Notes: generated by a model not told the origin, from the sequence alone. Shown: positions 19,588 through 29,489, counted from the first letter of the stretch. The stretch: DNA of 64,000 nt from Candidatus Omnitrophota bacterium (GCA_050250375.1 JBFWOS010000001.1:894361-958360), one strand, 5' to 3'. Program-made: numbers and translations.

Positions 19588-20832
19588 ATGACTGAACATT
19601 CCCCATCCCATCAATCGTTAATTAAGAAGTCCGTTTTTACAATCCTCCTTTTGTTGTTAATCCTTCTTTTGGTGGAAGGGATTTCAGCCGTTGGCATCGT
19701 TTACTTGAGAAAAAAGAAAAACCAGGAATACCGTCCGGCTATAAAAAACAAACTTACCAGCCTGCAAAAAGAAAACTTATTAAAGCTAATCAATCATGAG
19801 GAAAAGTATGTGACGCACAGCCCGATCCTCGGATGGACCATCAAACCCAACGGGACAGCCGACCTCTATCAGGCGAATTCCCAAGGTATCCGGGCGGATT
19901 CGGATTATAGCGCATACCCTGCGTCTGATAAGATACGAATCGCCACCTTCGGGGATTCATTCGTCCATTGTGATGAAGTCAAAAACGAGGAAACCTGGCA
20001 AGTACACCTTGACAGCTTTGATCGTCATCTGGAAACGATTAATTTCGGTGTTGGCGGGTACGGGACAGACCAGGCCTATTTGCGATATCTTGAAGACGGA
20101 CGGAAATTCCACCCCGATATAGTTCTCATCGGATTTATGACAGAAAACCCTATCCGAAACCTTAATACATTCCGGCCCTTTTATCTAGCGGCAACGGGAA
20201 TGCCGTTATCCAAACCGCGATTTCAGTTGGCTGGTGATCACATCCGCCTAATTAATAACCCTTTGAACAGTCTCAACGAGTATCAAAAGCTCCTGAACAA
20301 TGAAAGCAAAGTATTGTTGGAGTTAAGCAAAAATGATTACTTCTATAATTACCATTATGCGGAACATCCTATGGACTTTTTTCTGGCGGTCCGCCTTACA
20401 AAAATTCTCAGATATATTTATCTTAAACCAAAAGAAAAGATATTCAACAAGCTGGAATACAACACGAATTCTGAAGTCTATACCGTTACAGCCGCGATCG
20501 TCGAAGAATTTTATAACTCAGTAAAGAACGACGGTGCGACCCCCGTCCTTGTCTTTATCCCGAACAGCGGTGACTTTGGCCGGCTTAAGGACCACCAAGC
20601 CAAAAATTATAAACCGTTCATGGATAGGATGGACCGTAAAGGAATAAAATATATCGATTTTACCGCCGATCTGCTGAACGACATCCTTACCGATGAACAC
20701 CCTGAATCTTTTTTTGCTCCGGATTATCATTTTTCATCCAAAGGCAACAAATACGTAGCCAAATACATTTATCAATATCTGAAAGAAAATCATTACTTAG
20801 ACCGGCCCAAAACACCTCCCGCCAGTCCATGA
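19588..20832 (+). CDS. membrane-anchored SGNH/GDSL-like hydrolase or acyltransferase family protein
   Basis: N-terminal TM segment, FGDSF (block I Ser), GVGGYGTDQ (block II) and a C-terminal D.H. It is a paralogue of the next gene. Confidence 0.65.
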   Translation: MTEHSPSHQSLIKKSVFTILLLLLILLLVEGISAVGIVYLRKKKNQEYRPAIKNKLTSLQKENLLKLINHEEKYVTHSPILGWTIKPNGTADLYQANSQGIRADSDYSAYPASDKIRIATFGDSFVHCDEVKNEETWQVHLDSFDRHLETINFGVGGYGTDQAYLRYLEDGRKFHPDIVLIGFMTENPIRNLNTFRPFYLAATGMPLSKPRFQLAGDHIRLINNPLNSLNEYQKLLNNESKVLLELSKNDYFYNYHYAEHPMDFFLAVRLTKILRYIYLKPKEKIFNKLEYNTNSEVYTVTAAIVEEFYNSVKNDGATPVLVFIPNSGDFGRLKDHQAKNYKPFMDRMDRKGIKYIDFTADLLNDILTDEHPESFFAPDYHFSSKGNKYVAKYIYQYLKENHYLDRPKTPPASP

Positions 20833-22028
20833 AACAAAAAATCTTTATATTTATTCTGATTTTAATCACTCTGTTTATTCTTGAGGCCTTTTCATTCACC
20901 GGCCTGGAATTAATCCGGAGAAAAAAACATTTTGTTTACCTGCCCACGACAGAAAACATTTTCTCGGATCTGCAAAAACAGCGCATTCAGAAACTGTTAA
21001 ACCATACCGAACAATACATCACCTATCACCCCGTCCTGGGATGGACGATCAAACCTAACGGGGCTGATCCCTATCACCGGTCAAATTCACAGGGTTTCAG
21101 GGCCGATCAAGATGTGCAACCGTACCCTTCGGATAAAAAAATTCGTATATCCGCTTATGGTGATTCTTATATGCACAGCGATGATGTACAAAATGACGCG
21201 ACCTGGCTGAAGTATCTGTCAGACATTGATCCGACGTTGGAGCCTCTCAATTTCGGGGTCCCCGGATATGGGACGGACCAGTCTTTTCTGCGTTACCAGG
21301 AAACCGGGATTAAATTTCATCCTGATATCGTCATGATCGGTTTCATGAGCGAAAACCCCCGCCGAAATGTCAACGCGTTCCGCCCGTTTTATAACCGCAA
21401 GACGCAGATCCCCCTTTCCAAACCGCGATTTATCCTGGAAGGAACAAACCTGACTTTAATCGACAATCCACTCTCCGAATTAAAAGATTACCAGGAATTA
21501 CTCGACAACCCGAACGAGAATTTATTACGCCTTAGTCGTAATGATTATTATTATCAGTCGAATTACAAAAGAAGTCCGTTTGATATTTCTCAGACAGTCC
21601 GATTATTTAAAGTTCTGAAAATATTATATATTGACCGGTCAGATAAAATAATGAAACGCGGCATATATAATCCGGATTCCAACGCCTTTAAAATCACACT
21701 ATCAATCCTTGAACGTTTCTATAACACTGTCAAGAATGACGGGGCACGACCTCTCATCGTAGTGATCCCAAACAGGTATGATCTCAAGGATCTGATCGGC
21801 CATCCGGGCCGGCGTAGAATTTATAAACCTTATATTGATATGTTCAGAAAGAAAGAATGGTTATACGTCGATTTGACCGATTATTTTCTTGAAGATCCGA
21901 GAAACGATAATGTCGACCAACTTTTTGGTTCGGGAGAACATTTTTCTGCGGAAGGAAACCGCCGGGTGGCGGAATACATTTATCAATTCATAAAGGAGAA
22001 TGGACTCCTTACGAAACGAACAAATTAA
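20829..22028 (+). CDS. membrane-anchored SGNH/GDSL-like protein, tandem paralogue
   Basis: YGDSYMHSDDV, GVPGYGTDQ and GSGEHFS motifs, collinear with 19588-20832. The two genes share a 4-nt ATGA overlap. Confidence 0.65.
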   Translation: MKQKIFIFILILITLFILEAFSFTGLELIRRKKHFVYLPTTENIFSDLQKQRIQKLLNHTEQYITYHPVLGWTIKPNGADPYHRSNSQGFRADQDVQPYPSDKKIRISAYGDSYMHSDDVQNDATWLKYLSDIDPTLEPLNFGVPGYGTDQSFLRYQETGIKFHPDIVMIGFMSENPRRNVNAFRPFYNRKTQIPLSKPRFILEGTNLTLIDNPLSELKDYQELLDNPNENLLRLSRNDYYYQSNYKRSPFDISQTVRLFKVLKILYIDRSDKIMKRGIYNPDSNAFKITLSILERFYNTVKNDGARPLIVVIPNRYDLKDLIGHPGRRRIYKPYIDMFRKKEWLYVDLTDYFLEDPRNDNVDQLFGSGEHFSAEGNRRVAEYIYQFIKENGLLTKRTN

Positions 22029-23212
22029 TCTTTATACGGATCAAATTCATCTTCTCCGGCCATCGCCACGCCGATTGGCTTTAATGTATGCAGAATCCGA
22101 ATGGTATTTTTATGATACGCCAGGACTTCCGGAAGGCGTTTATAACAATGAGGAGATTCATCCGTTCCGGCCCCTCTTAACTCTACTCCCTGCTGATTAA
22201 CCCAGCTCATCATCATCTGGCGTGAAATCTGCCCGCCGGCCCTTTTTCGGCGGATCAAGCGTCCGGCCGCGGCGGTACGCGACATGACGCGCCCGGCCCC
22301 GTGGACCGTGGAATAAAAAGATTTCTGACTCTCATTTGATTCCACCCCCTCAATGATGACCGAAACATCCCCCATGCTGCCGCCGACAAATCCTTTCTGC
22401 CCTACAAAGGCCGGGGTTGCGCCTTTTCGCACAACCCAAAACTTTTCCCCCTGGTGTTCTTCCTGCCAGGCATAGTTGTGATGATTGTGGATCTCTTCCT
22501 GAATATTGGCCCCGATGATTCTGGCAACCCGCCGACAGACCCAGTCGCGTCCGGCATACGCGTAACGGCCGGCCAGTTTCATACAGGCAATATATTCCTG
22601 GCCGAGATTGCTTTTGATGTCCAGTAACACCGGATCGACGTTCATTCCGTCTTTCCCGCCGCCGGCTTTTATAAAATGGGTGGCCAACCGGTGTCCCAAT
22701 CCGCGTGACCCAAAGTGCACCCCAATCCAGACTCTGTCCTGCTCATCCAGAAATATATCAACATAATGGTTGCCGCTGCCTACGGTACCCAGCTGCTCCT
22801 GGGCTAATTTCTTCAGTTTTAATTCTCTGGTCACATCAATGCTCCAGGCCGGATCATCATTGAGCAGGGGATGATCGACGTATTCATTGTTCTTCATACC
22901 CACACCAAAAGAGATGATCCGGTAAATATCATCCATGATCTTCTTGATATGCCGCCGCACCTCTTTGGCCGGGGCATCAAGACGGACAGCCTTATTCCCG
23001 CAGGCGATATCATATCCCACACCGGAAGGACTGACTTTATGGCGATACGCAACAACCCCGCCGATCGGGACTGCGTAACCGGGATGATGGTCAGCCATCA
23101 AGGCGCAATAATCGGCGTCTTTCGAACAGTTCCTGATCTGGGCCAGCGCTTCATCAATAGGTTCACCCCAAACAGGAATATTGTGAATATATTGAACAGT
23201 TTTATCAGCCAT
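22025..23212 (-). CDS. rtcB: RtcB-family RNA ligase
   Basis: Metal and GTP-binding motifs GSGNHY, HNHHNY and HGAGR. Length 395 aa. Confidence 0.9.
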   Translation of the reverse strand: MADKTVQYIHNIPVWGEPIDEALAQIRNCSKDADYCALMADHHPGYAVPIGGVVAYRHKVSPSGVGYDIACGNKAVRLDAPAKEVRRHIKKIMDDIYRIISFGVGMKNNEYVDHPLLNDDPAWSIDVTRELKLKKLAQEQLGTVGSGNHYVDIFLDEQDRVWIGVHFGSRGLGHRLATHFIKAGGGKDGMNVDPVLLDIKSNLGQEYIACMKLAGRYAYAGRDWVCRRVARIIGANIQEEIHNHHNYAWQEEHQGEKFWVVRKGATPAFVGQKGFVGGSMGDVSVIIEGVESNESQKSFYSTVHGAGRVMSRTAAAGRLIRRKRAGGQISRQMMMSWVNQQGVELRGAGTDESPHCYKRLPEVLAYHKNTIRILHTLKPIGVAMAGEDEFDPYKD

Positions 23213-23227
23213 AGAGTTTTTCCTGAT

Positions 23228-23884
23228 TTAAAAACTAAATACAAAACCTGTAACCAGGACATCGCGGCCGAACCATTTTTCTCCGGCTTTTTGCCTCAGC
23301 CATCTGTATCCCGTCTTGATTCTGACATTCTTATTTACTTGATACTGTAGTCCGGCGGAGATCCAGTTGGCATTAATTTCTTCGGCGTTAAAACTATAAA
23401 AGAACTCTTCTTCCAAATAAGGTTTCAATTTCATTTTTGTCAGTTCAACCGGAAACACAATCCGGATCTCATTGCGAAAACGCACATCATCTTTCAAATC
23501 ATAATTAAATTGTCTGAACTCAAAACGAGCGAGATTGCTGATAAAATATTGATGCAGATTTTTTGAGGCATAAATATTAATCATGGGCCTGTTTTCATAC
23601 CCATATTCATTATTCCTTAAAAGTGACCATGCCCCCCGGTAAGCTCCCCCGATCTTCAACCAATCATTCAGTCTATAGTCAAAACCCAGATCCGCCAATC
23701 CAAGAAAAATTTCACGCATATCGTCTCGGGAATTAAATTGCGACTTGGAAACTATAGACCATCGATCATTTATTTTTTTTTGAATAAGAAAATTATGGCT
23801 GTATCCCCAGTCTTCACTGGCGGATGCATGGGCACAAAGAACAAAAACAATTAAAAAGGAAATCGCGTAACGCAGGAAAGACAA
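23228..23884 (-). CDS. outer-membrane beta-barrel protein
   Basis: A likely TTG start gives the signal peptide (M)SFLRYAISFLIVFVLCAHASA. Alternating amphipathic strands end in a C-terminal aromatic (...VTGFVFSF). The ORF track extends to 24118 with no plausible signal peptide. Confidence 0.5.
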   Translation of the reverse strand: MSFLRYAISFLIVFVLCAHASASEDWGYSHNFLIQKKINDRWSIVSKSQFNSRDDMREIFLGLADLGFDYRLNDWLKIGGAYRGAWSLLRNNEYGYENRPMINIYASKNLHQYFISNLARFEFRQFNYDLKDDVRFRNEIRIVFPVELTKMKLKPYLEEEFFYSFNAEEINANWISAGLQYQVNKNVRIKTGYRWLRQKAGEKWFGRDVLVTGFVFSF

Positions 23885-23888
23885 TTGA

Positions 23889-24188
23889 TTATCTCTTAAA
23901 TAAGTTTGCGGTGATCCGTTTATGATCACGCTGGCGTCTTTTATAAGAATCAACAAGGCTTTTGTGGTCCTTACGGATACCCTCGGCCTTTTGGCTCCAC
24001 TCTTTTCGGTCCTTATATGGCTTGGATTGGTCCGGGTCTGACTCTTCCGCTTGTTTCTGCAGAACTTCAATCTCGACATGGCTGTGTAAAAATTGCTTAT
24101 ATAGCGCAAGTCCCGCATACGCTGCTGAAAAAATCCAGATTAATGAAACAATAAAAAATAGATCAATCTTTTCACCCATGTGATTCAT
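23889..24188 (-). CDS. small membrane protein (hypothetical)
   Basis: 99-aa ORF with one TM helix and a charged tail, immediately upstream of the beta-barrel gene on the same strand. Confidence 0.3.
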   Translation of the reverse strand: MNHMGEKIDLFFIVSLIWIFSAAYAGLALYKQFLHSHVEIEVLQKQAEESDPDQSKPYKDRKEWSQKAEGIRKDHKSLVDSYKRRQRDHKRITANLFKR

Positions 24189-24375
24189 TATAGGGGAAGC
24201 CTATACTCCAGGCAATGACAATTTCATCCATACCCCATATAATTTATAAGCGATTGGTATTAAAGCACCTAAAGAGAATTCTAATTACTGATTACCTCAC
24301 AAGAGAGGGTATTCATTGATGCGTATCGTGCTATAATGATGCCGTCATTTTAGAATTAACAATAAATTATTAAAA

Positions 24376-24948
24376 ATGCCCAGAACTTTTATTGCCTTTG
24401 AAATTGATCCAGTTAATCAAAAATATCTGGCTAATCTAAAAGACCGTTTAAATTGGGGGAATGCCTCCATCAAATGGGTCAAAGCAGACAATATTCATTT
24501 AACCCTGAAATTCCTGGGTGATCTTTCTCAAAGTCAAATTGACTTAATTAAAGGAACTTTTCCAAAATTATTTACTGATTTTAATCCTGTGGCTGCTGAA
24601 ATTAACCGACTTGGTGCATTTCCGAATAGCAAACACCCGAAAGTCCTCTGGGCAGGGTTAACAGGAAAAATTGAAGCAATATCAGTAATCGTCGCCCGCC
24701 TCGAACAAGAGCTGGAATTGTTAGGTTTTCCAAAAGAACAAAAAAAATTTTCTTCTCATATCACCATCGGCCGGGTCAGATTTGAAAATAAATCGAAGAA
24801 AATCGGAGAAACGCTCCAGTCATTCTGTTTTACGCCGCCATTGCGGCAAAACTTAAATATCATCACGCTTTATGAAAGCACCTTAACCCCGCAGGGTCCG
24901 ATCTATGTCCCGCTGGTTAAAACTGAACTTGCCGATACCTCCCGTTAA
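24376..24948 (+). CDS. thpR: RNA 2',3'-cyclic phosphodiesterase (ThpR/LigT, 2H family)
   Basis: Two H-x-T-x motifs (HLTLKFLGD and HITIGR) in a protein of about 190 aa. Confidence 0.85.
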   Translation: MPRTFIAFEIDPVNQKYLANLKDRLNWGNASIKWVKADNIHLTLKFLGDLSQSQIDLIKGTFPKLFTDFNPVAAEINRLGAFPNSKHPKVLWAGLTGKIEAISVIVARLEQELELLGFPKEQKKFSSHITIGRVRFENKSKKIGETLQSFCFTPPLRQNLNIITLYESTLTPQGPIYVPLVKTELADTSR

Positions 24949-25429
24949 GGCCTTTCCTCAAATACATAGGTATAACGTCCGTTTGGTGTCTGACGAAATT
25001 TTCCGGAGGCCAGATTTCCGTCATCAATCTTGCGGTCCAGAAGGATTAATTCTTTCATCGATGCCGTTGTCCCAAAGAGGGAAATACCGGCATATTCATA
25101 GCCGCCCTTTTCCCCCCAATACGGGCCTTCCCAGTTGTAATGCCCGCCTAACGCGTCTGAATTCCAATCATCCGGATCAATATAGGCCGCCATTCCGGCC
25201 GGCAAAAATTATGTGTGTCCGCCGGAAGCAAACCATTATCTTGTTCATACTTCTTAAAACCACTGGAAAACGAGAGAAGATTATCCGCGGCACGGATAAT
25301 CCGAATTTTCGTCTGTACCTTTAACAACGCGTAAGCTGAAATCCCTACGACACACACGGATATAAATATAAAAACAAAAATTACGACAATCTTAACCAAA
25401 ACATGGATAAAAAAAATTTTCATAGTCAA
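24945..25429 (-). pseudogene. pseudopilin-like membrane protein interrupted by a 1-nt frameshift in an A5/T5 run
   Basis: ORFs 25148-25429 and 24945-25205 are N- and C-terminal parts of one GspG-like protein. The N-terminal part has a TM segment and IRAADNLLSFSSGFKKYEQDNGLLPA. The C-terminal part has YIDPDDW...NWEGPYWGE. Adding one T to the T5 run (plus-strand 25204-25208) restores ...THNFLPAGMAAYIDPDDW.... Confidence 0.55.
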
Positions 25430-25514
25430 TTGATTATATCTTAAACGATGTTAATTTTATAAAAATCAGGTTAATTTAATCCGGTTAATATTTTCTAGGA
25501 CAAATTATTATTGT

Positions 25515-26324
25515 ATGATATTTTACTACTGTAAAATGAAAATATCATCCGGACAAAAACATATCACCGTATGCCCGGTCTGTGATCATTCCGCCTGGAA
25601 GAATATATATAAAATTGATCAATGGACCATTGACGAATGCCTGCATTGCAAATTCGCCCGCATTGATCCCCTGCCCGTCCGCACTGACCGGCCGGACATG
25701 TATACGGAAAACAAAATCACGGAACGGAATACAAAAAAAAGAGGCCTTGTCAGGCGATTGGCCCATCGTCTTAAATTCTTTTTTAACGGCATCTCCGGCC
25801 GGAATAAAAACTCAATTTTTATTAAGAAACTTCACCGTTATGTACCCCCAGGCGGTACGGTCCTTGATGGCGGCTGCGGAGCCGGCGGGATACTGCTTCA
25901 TGCACGGGACCGCTATGAGTGCCATGGAATAGAGATATCCTCTTACCTGGTGGACCTGGCCAACCGCAATGAAGGTTTGGACGTAAAACTAGGCGACCTG
26001 CAATCTTATAACTTTGGTCAACAGAAATTCGACGCGATCACGCTCGTTTCCATCATTGAACATTTGGACGATCCGCTCGGTGTTATCCAAAGGTGTTTTG
26101 AACTGTTAAAACCCAACGGTGTTTTTTTACTCAAAACACCCAATTATCAGTGCTGGAACCGATTTTTTAAACAAGACAAATGGGTCGGGTTGAGACCGCC
26201 TGACCACATTGTTTATTTTTCCCCGGCCAATTTGACTCAAATTCTGAAAAAAGCCGGCTTCAGCAAAATCCAAATAACCTCTTACCCCATGAACGACAAT
26301 ATGTACTGCGACGCCTGGAAATAA
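25515..26324 (+). CDS. class I SAM-dependent methyltransferase with an N-terminal zinc ribbon
   Basis: CPVCDH...CLHC zinc ribbon, then SAM motif I VLDGGCGAGG. Confidence 0.75.
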   Translation: MIFYYCKMKISSGQKHITVCPVCDHSAWKNIYKIDQWTIDECLHCKFARIDPLPVRTDRPDMYTENKITERNTKKRGLVRRLAHRLKFFFNGISGRNKNSIFIKKLHRYVPPGGTVLDGGCGAGGILLHARDRYECHGIEISSYLVDLANRNEGLDVKLGDLQSYNFGQQKFDAITLVSIIEHLDDPLGVIQRCFELLKPNGVFLLKTPNYQCWNRFFKQDKWVGLRPPDHIVYFSPANLTQILKKAGFSKIQITSYPMNDNMYCDAWK

Positions 26325-26399
26325 TCCCTTCACTCCTATTTGTATTTATTTCACCCGCAGGATGATTTATAATACCAATCAACACAAAATTTAAATCTT

Positions 26400-26909
26400 T
26401 TGATCACCACCATGACTTATAGAGATAAAATTATAAAGGTCAAACAAACCATCCTTATTTCCATCTTCTGCCTGATCATTTTTACCGCCCATCCAACCCC
26501 TTTGACTTATCCGGTTTCATATGTTTTCTGGTCATACCTGCATATGATGGGATTGAATGTTTTTATGAAACCTTTCACCAGCGACATGATCTTTATGTAT
26601 GATGCCCAATTAAAAAAGACCATTTACCGTTATGATCTAAGTGTTATTTATTTTACCGGAGAAGGGCAAAAAAAAATCGATGTGCGTGATTTGTCATTTC
26701 ACCGCTGGCGGGTCCCCTTTACCTGGTTTGCCATATCCTCCATAAACGGCGAAGATGTTGCGCCGATCGTCCATACCTTATGCACGGAGTTAAAGCGGGC
26801 CCAGGGGCCGGGTTCAGGATTCATGATCAAATCTAACGCCGAAAAAGACATCTCATTAAAATACGGCATGAATAAGTTATTTGCATGTGATGAAAATGAC
26901 ACACGCTAA
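26400..26909 (+). CDS. hypothetical protein with an N-terminal TM segment
   Basis: ORF only. No recognised domain. Confidence 0.4.
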   Translation: MITTMTYRDKIIKVKQTILISIFCLIIFTAHPTPLTYPVSYVFWSYLHMMGLNVFMKPFTSDMIFMYDAQLKKTIYRYDLSVIYFTGEGQKKIDVRDLSFHRWRVPFTWFAISSINGEDVAPIVHTLCTELKRAQGPGSGFMIKSNAEKDISLKYGMNKLFACDENDTR

Positions 26910-27750
26910 AACCGCTAAATACAAAACACCATTGCTTGAAATCGGTCTGTTCAGGATCACTCTGGGCGTTTACCTGCTGTATTACAATTTATTATTGTTG
27001 CCTCATGTGTCGCTGTACTTTGGACTGGAGGGAATGTTGCCGAAATATTTTCTGCCGAAATTCCTGATGGTCGCGCCTGATTTCTTCCCCTGGCCGGAAT
27101 ATTGGTTTATCGTCCTATTTTATTCAATGATGATCCTGCTCATCTGTTTTATTCTGGGATGGCTGAATAAACTGACTTTGATTCCGCTTTTTCTCCTGCA
27201 GTTATATTTCTATCACGCTAATCCGCTGATCATCCATGAACCGCAGCCGCTGGCTAACCTGTTTCTGTTCTTATTTTTCTTTTTACCGCCCAACAGTCCG
27301 CCTTTATTGTTGAATAAAAACTCATTCGAGTTTACAGAAGACAATATCAAAGAATTAAAAAGCCTTTTAAGAATAATCATCTTCTTTTTCGGGGTGTATT
27401 ATTTATTTGTAGGATTAAAAAAGCTTCCTGATCCTTTGTGGAGGCAGGGGCTTGCGATAAAACATATCCTGCTCTGGCCGGGCATTGCGCGTCAAAACTT
27501 CATCACCGCCTTCATCACCCAGACACCGGGCGTATCCCAAGTGATATCATATGGAACTCTGCTGTTTGAGATCGGTTTTATCTTTCTGGTCTTTACCCCG
27601 TTGCGGTTTTTACTGATCGTCGGAGGGATACTTCTTCATGGGGGAATCTTCTGTACGATGGAAGTCGGCACCTTGTCCCAGGTGCTGCTGGTCTGGTACG
27701 CCTTATTGCTGGATGAACCCACCCGGGCAAAGTTTAGATGGAGAAACTAA
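26881..27750 (+). CDS. polytopic membrane protein, possibly HTTM/VKGC-like
   Basis: Multiple TM helices and N-terminal LLEIGLFRITLGVYLLYYNL resembling an HTTM-domain start. Weak call. Confidence 0.4.
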   Translation: MHVMKMTHAKTAKYKTPLLEIGLFRITLGVYLLYYNLLLLPHVSLYFGLEGMLPKYFLPKFLMVAPDFFPWPEYWFIVLFYSMMILLICFILGWLNKLTLIPLFLLQLYFYHANPLIIHEPQPLANLFLFLFFFLPPNSPPLLLNKNSFEFTEDNIKELKSLLRIIIFFFGVYYLFVGLKKLPDPLWRQGLAIKHILLWPGIARQNFITAFITQTPGVSQVISYGTLLFEIGFIFLVFTPLRFLLIVGGILLHGGIFCTMEVGTLSQVLLVWYALLLDEPTRAKFRWRN

Positions 27751-27763
27751 CGTCTGCTTTGAA

Positions 27764-28846
27764 TTATTTTGATTCAACTGTGTTCGGAGAATAAACCGTC
27801 CTGGCCTCGTGGTGCGTGCCTTTCCAGATATAAGCGTCCCAGACAAAATGACAAAATAACGGCGTCAACACAACTCCCGTCAAAAAGGCCTGCGTACTGG
27901 TGGTTTCTTTATAGCGGTAAGCCTGGTTCAACGTGGTTAAAAAACTGATCGTAAAATCTTCAAAAACCGAAAAAATAACCGCCGTAAAAACTAAAAGGCC
28001 GAACACGGTCGCGAATGTTTTAAATATATGCGGGTTTAAACGCCTCAGGCTAATATCCATAATCGCAATATACGGGATCCCGTGCGCCAGCAAGATCGGG
28101 AATAAAACCTCGGCCAAGGTGTCCCCCAGCGTAAAACCGATCCCGTAAATCGAGATCGGGACGAGCATGGCCAAGAACCGGTTGAGTTCATAAATACCCT
28201 TTCTGATCAGACTTAACTCAAAGACAATCCACGCCGCTATCGTTATCAGGTAGACCGGCACACCCCAGCGGAATAACATTTGTGACGGATATAAAAACAA
28301 TTCGTCCTGTGAATAAAGGATAATCCAGTCAATCCCCCGGAAATGAAAAAGGACAAACGGCATGACCAGCAATGTGTACAAAAATCGATTGGATATCCGG
28401 CAGAAACGCCCGTTGAGTTTCTGATACCAGCGGACAACTCCGTAATATTGGCGGATCTGATGAAATATCGCGTTATACACAACCACTGACCAGAGGTAGG
28501 GTATCTTCAATTTAATCCAGGCAAACACAACAATGACAATAAGCAACGGTGTCAGCCAATACGTGACATGGGTTTGCCGTTCTTCTTTACGGAAAATCGT
28601 GCGCCACCAGGTCGTGTACGTATGCCCGGTGTCCACAAAAACAACCGCAAAAAAAGCGTACGCCGCCATCCATAGTGAATTCTCAGGAAAATTCCAGGCC
28701 AGCACCACGCCGATCCAGCCCGGCAAAAGAATCAATAAAAAATCCAGGACGGAATTCTCTAATATCCAGTTTTTAGGGTGAAATATTTTCATTAAACCTC
28801 TGTATGTTCCAATTATAACACTTATCTCCGATTTGAGAGAACTCAT
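27764..28846 (-). CDS. polytopic membrane protein (hypothetical)
   Basis: 360 aa with about 9 TM helices. No family recognised. Confidence 0.5.
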   Translation of the reverse strand: MSSLKSEISVIIGTYRGLMKIFHPKNWILENSVLDFLLILLPGWIGVVLAWNFPENSLWMAAYAFFAVVFVDTGHTYTTWWRTIFRKEERQTHVTYWLTPLLIVIVVFAWIKLKIPYLWSVVVYNAIFHQIRQYYGVVRWYQKLNGRFCRISNRFLYTLLVMPFVLFHFRGIDWIILYSQDELFLYPSQMLFRWGVPVYLITIAAWIVFELSLIRKGIYELNRFLAMLVPISIYGIGFTLGDTLAEVLFPILLAHGIPYIAIMDISLRRLNPHIFKTFATVFGLLVFTAVIFSVFEDFTISFLTTLNQAYRYKETTSTQAFLTGVVLTPLFCHFVWDAYIWKGTHHEARTVYSPNTVESK

Positions 28847-29003
28847 GTTAAAACTTTGGATTTACAAAAAAAGAGGACAGCTCTTTTTTCAAGAACTGTC
28901 CTCTTACCAACATTGATGAGGCATAATAATTTTTCTCCCGTTCATTTTCAATGGGTTTCATTTAAAAAATGAACGCGGCTCGCCATTGAATATGGCGGCT
29001 CTT

Positions 29004-29276
29004 TTAGAAACTCAAACGGGCTCTCTCCTTGGCTGAGGCCTCGTAAACAAGACCTTTTTTCAGTCTAAGGACATGACGGGAAATAATCTTCTGAATTTCG
29101 TCCTGTTCAACACCGTAACGTTTGGCTACTTCAATCAATTCAGGGCATTCTTCATATTTCTCTTTATAAAGGGCCTCTTTCAAATAAAGTAACGCCGTTA
29201 CTTTCAACAGATTTTCCCGTGAGTTTAAGTTTCGATTGGTTTTGTTTTCTTGATTTATGAATCTGTTTTTCATCAT
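29004..29276 (-). CDS. hypothetical small protein
   Basis: 90-aa ORF directly downstream of the 30-codon ORF. Confidence 0.35.
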   Translation of the reverse strand: MMKNRFINQENKTNRNLNSRENLLKVTALLYLKEALYKEKYEECPELIEVAKRYGVEQDEIQKIISRHVLRLKKGLVYEASAKERARLSF

Positions 29277-29306
29277 CTTCTCCTTTTGTATTTTCTTGTG
29301 AAACCG

Positions 29307-29399
29307 TCAGCTTTTCTCTTTGTTTTCCGAATTGTCCAGCCTTCTCTGGTTGGACATCCACTTAACCAGCGTGATGACAAATAATACGTCCATCGCCAT
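29307..29399 (-). CDS. 30-codon small ORF (MAMDVLFVITLVKWMSNQRRLDNSENKEKS) with a near-consensus RBS
   Basis: AAAGGAGGTGATCAAT precedes the ATG. The peptide has a hydrophobic N-terminal half and a charged tail. It lies just downstream of a strong terminator on the same strand. Confidence 0.35.
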   Translation of the reverse strand: MAMDVLFVITLVKWMSNQRRLDNSENKEKS

Positions 29400-29451
29400 A
29401 TTGATCACCTCCTTTGTTTATTTAATTATGTTCACTTACGCACCTTAAAAT

Positions 29452-29489
29452 AAAAAAGCCACCTGACTCACTGAAGAGTAGGTGGCTTT
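29452..29489 (-). terminator. rho-independent terminator (hairpin GCCACCT..AGGTGGC, minus-strand U-tract)
   Basis: Interrupted stem of 11 bp (29458-29486) flanked by A6 upstream and T3 downstream on the plus strand. That reads as TTTTTTATTTT on the minus strand, downstream of ribD. Confidence 0.6.

Noticed and set aside
23885-24118. N-terminal 78 residues of ORF 23228-24118
   Set aside because: The Arg/Lys-rich translation has no signal peptide. An in-frame TTG at 23884 immediately precedes a textbook signal peptide, so the beta-barrel gene was shortened.
29164-29361. 65-aa minus-strand ORF with a GTG start overlapping the small-peptide ORF and the 90-aa ORF
   Set aside because: K/E-rich low-complexity translation and no RBS. 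It is an out-of-frame overlap of two better-supported ORFs.
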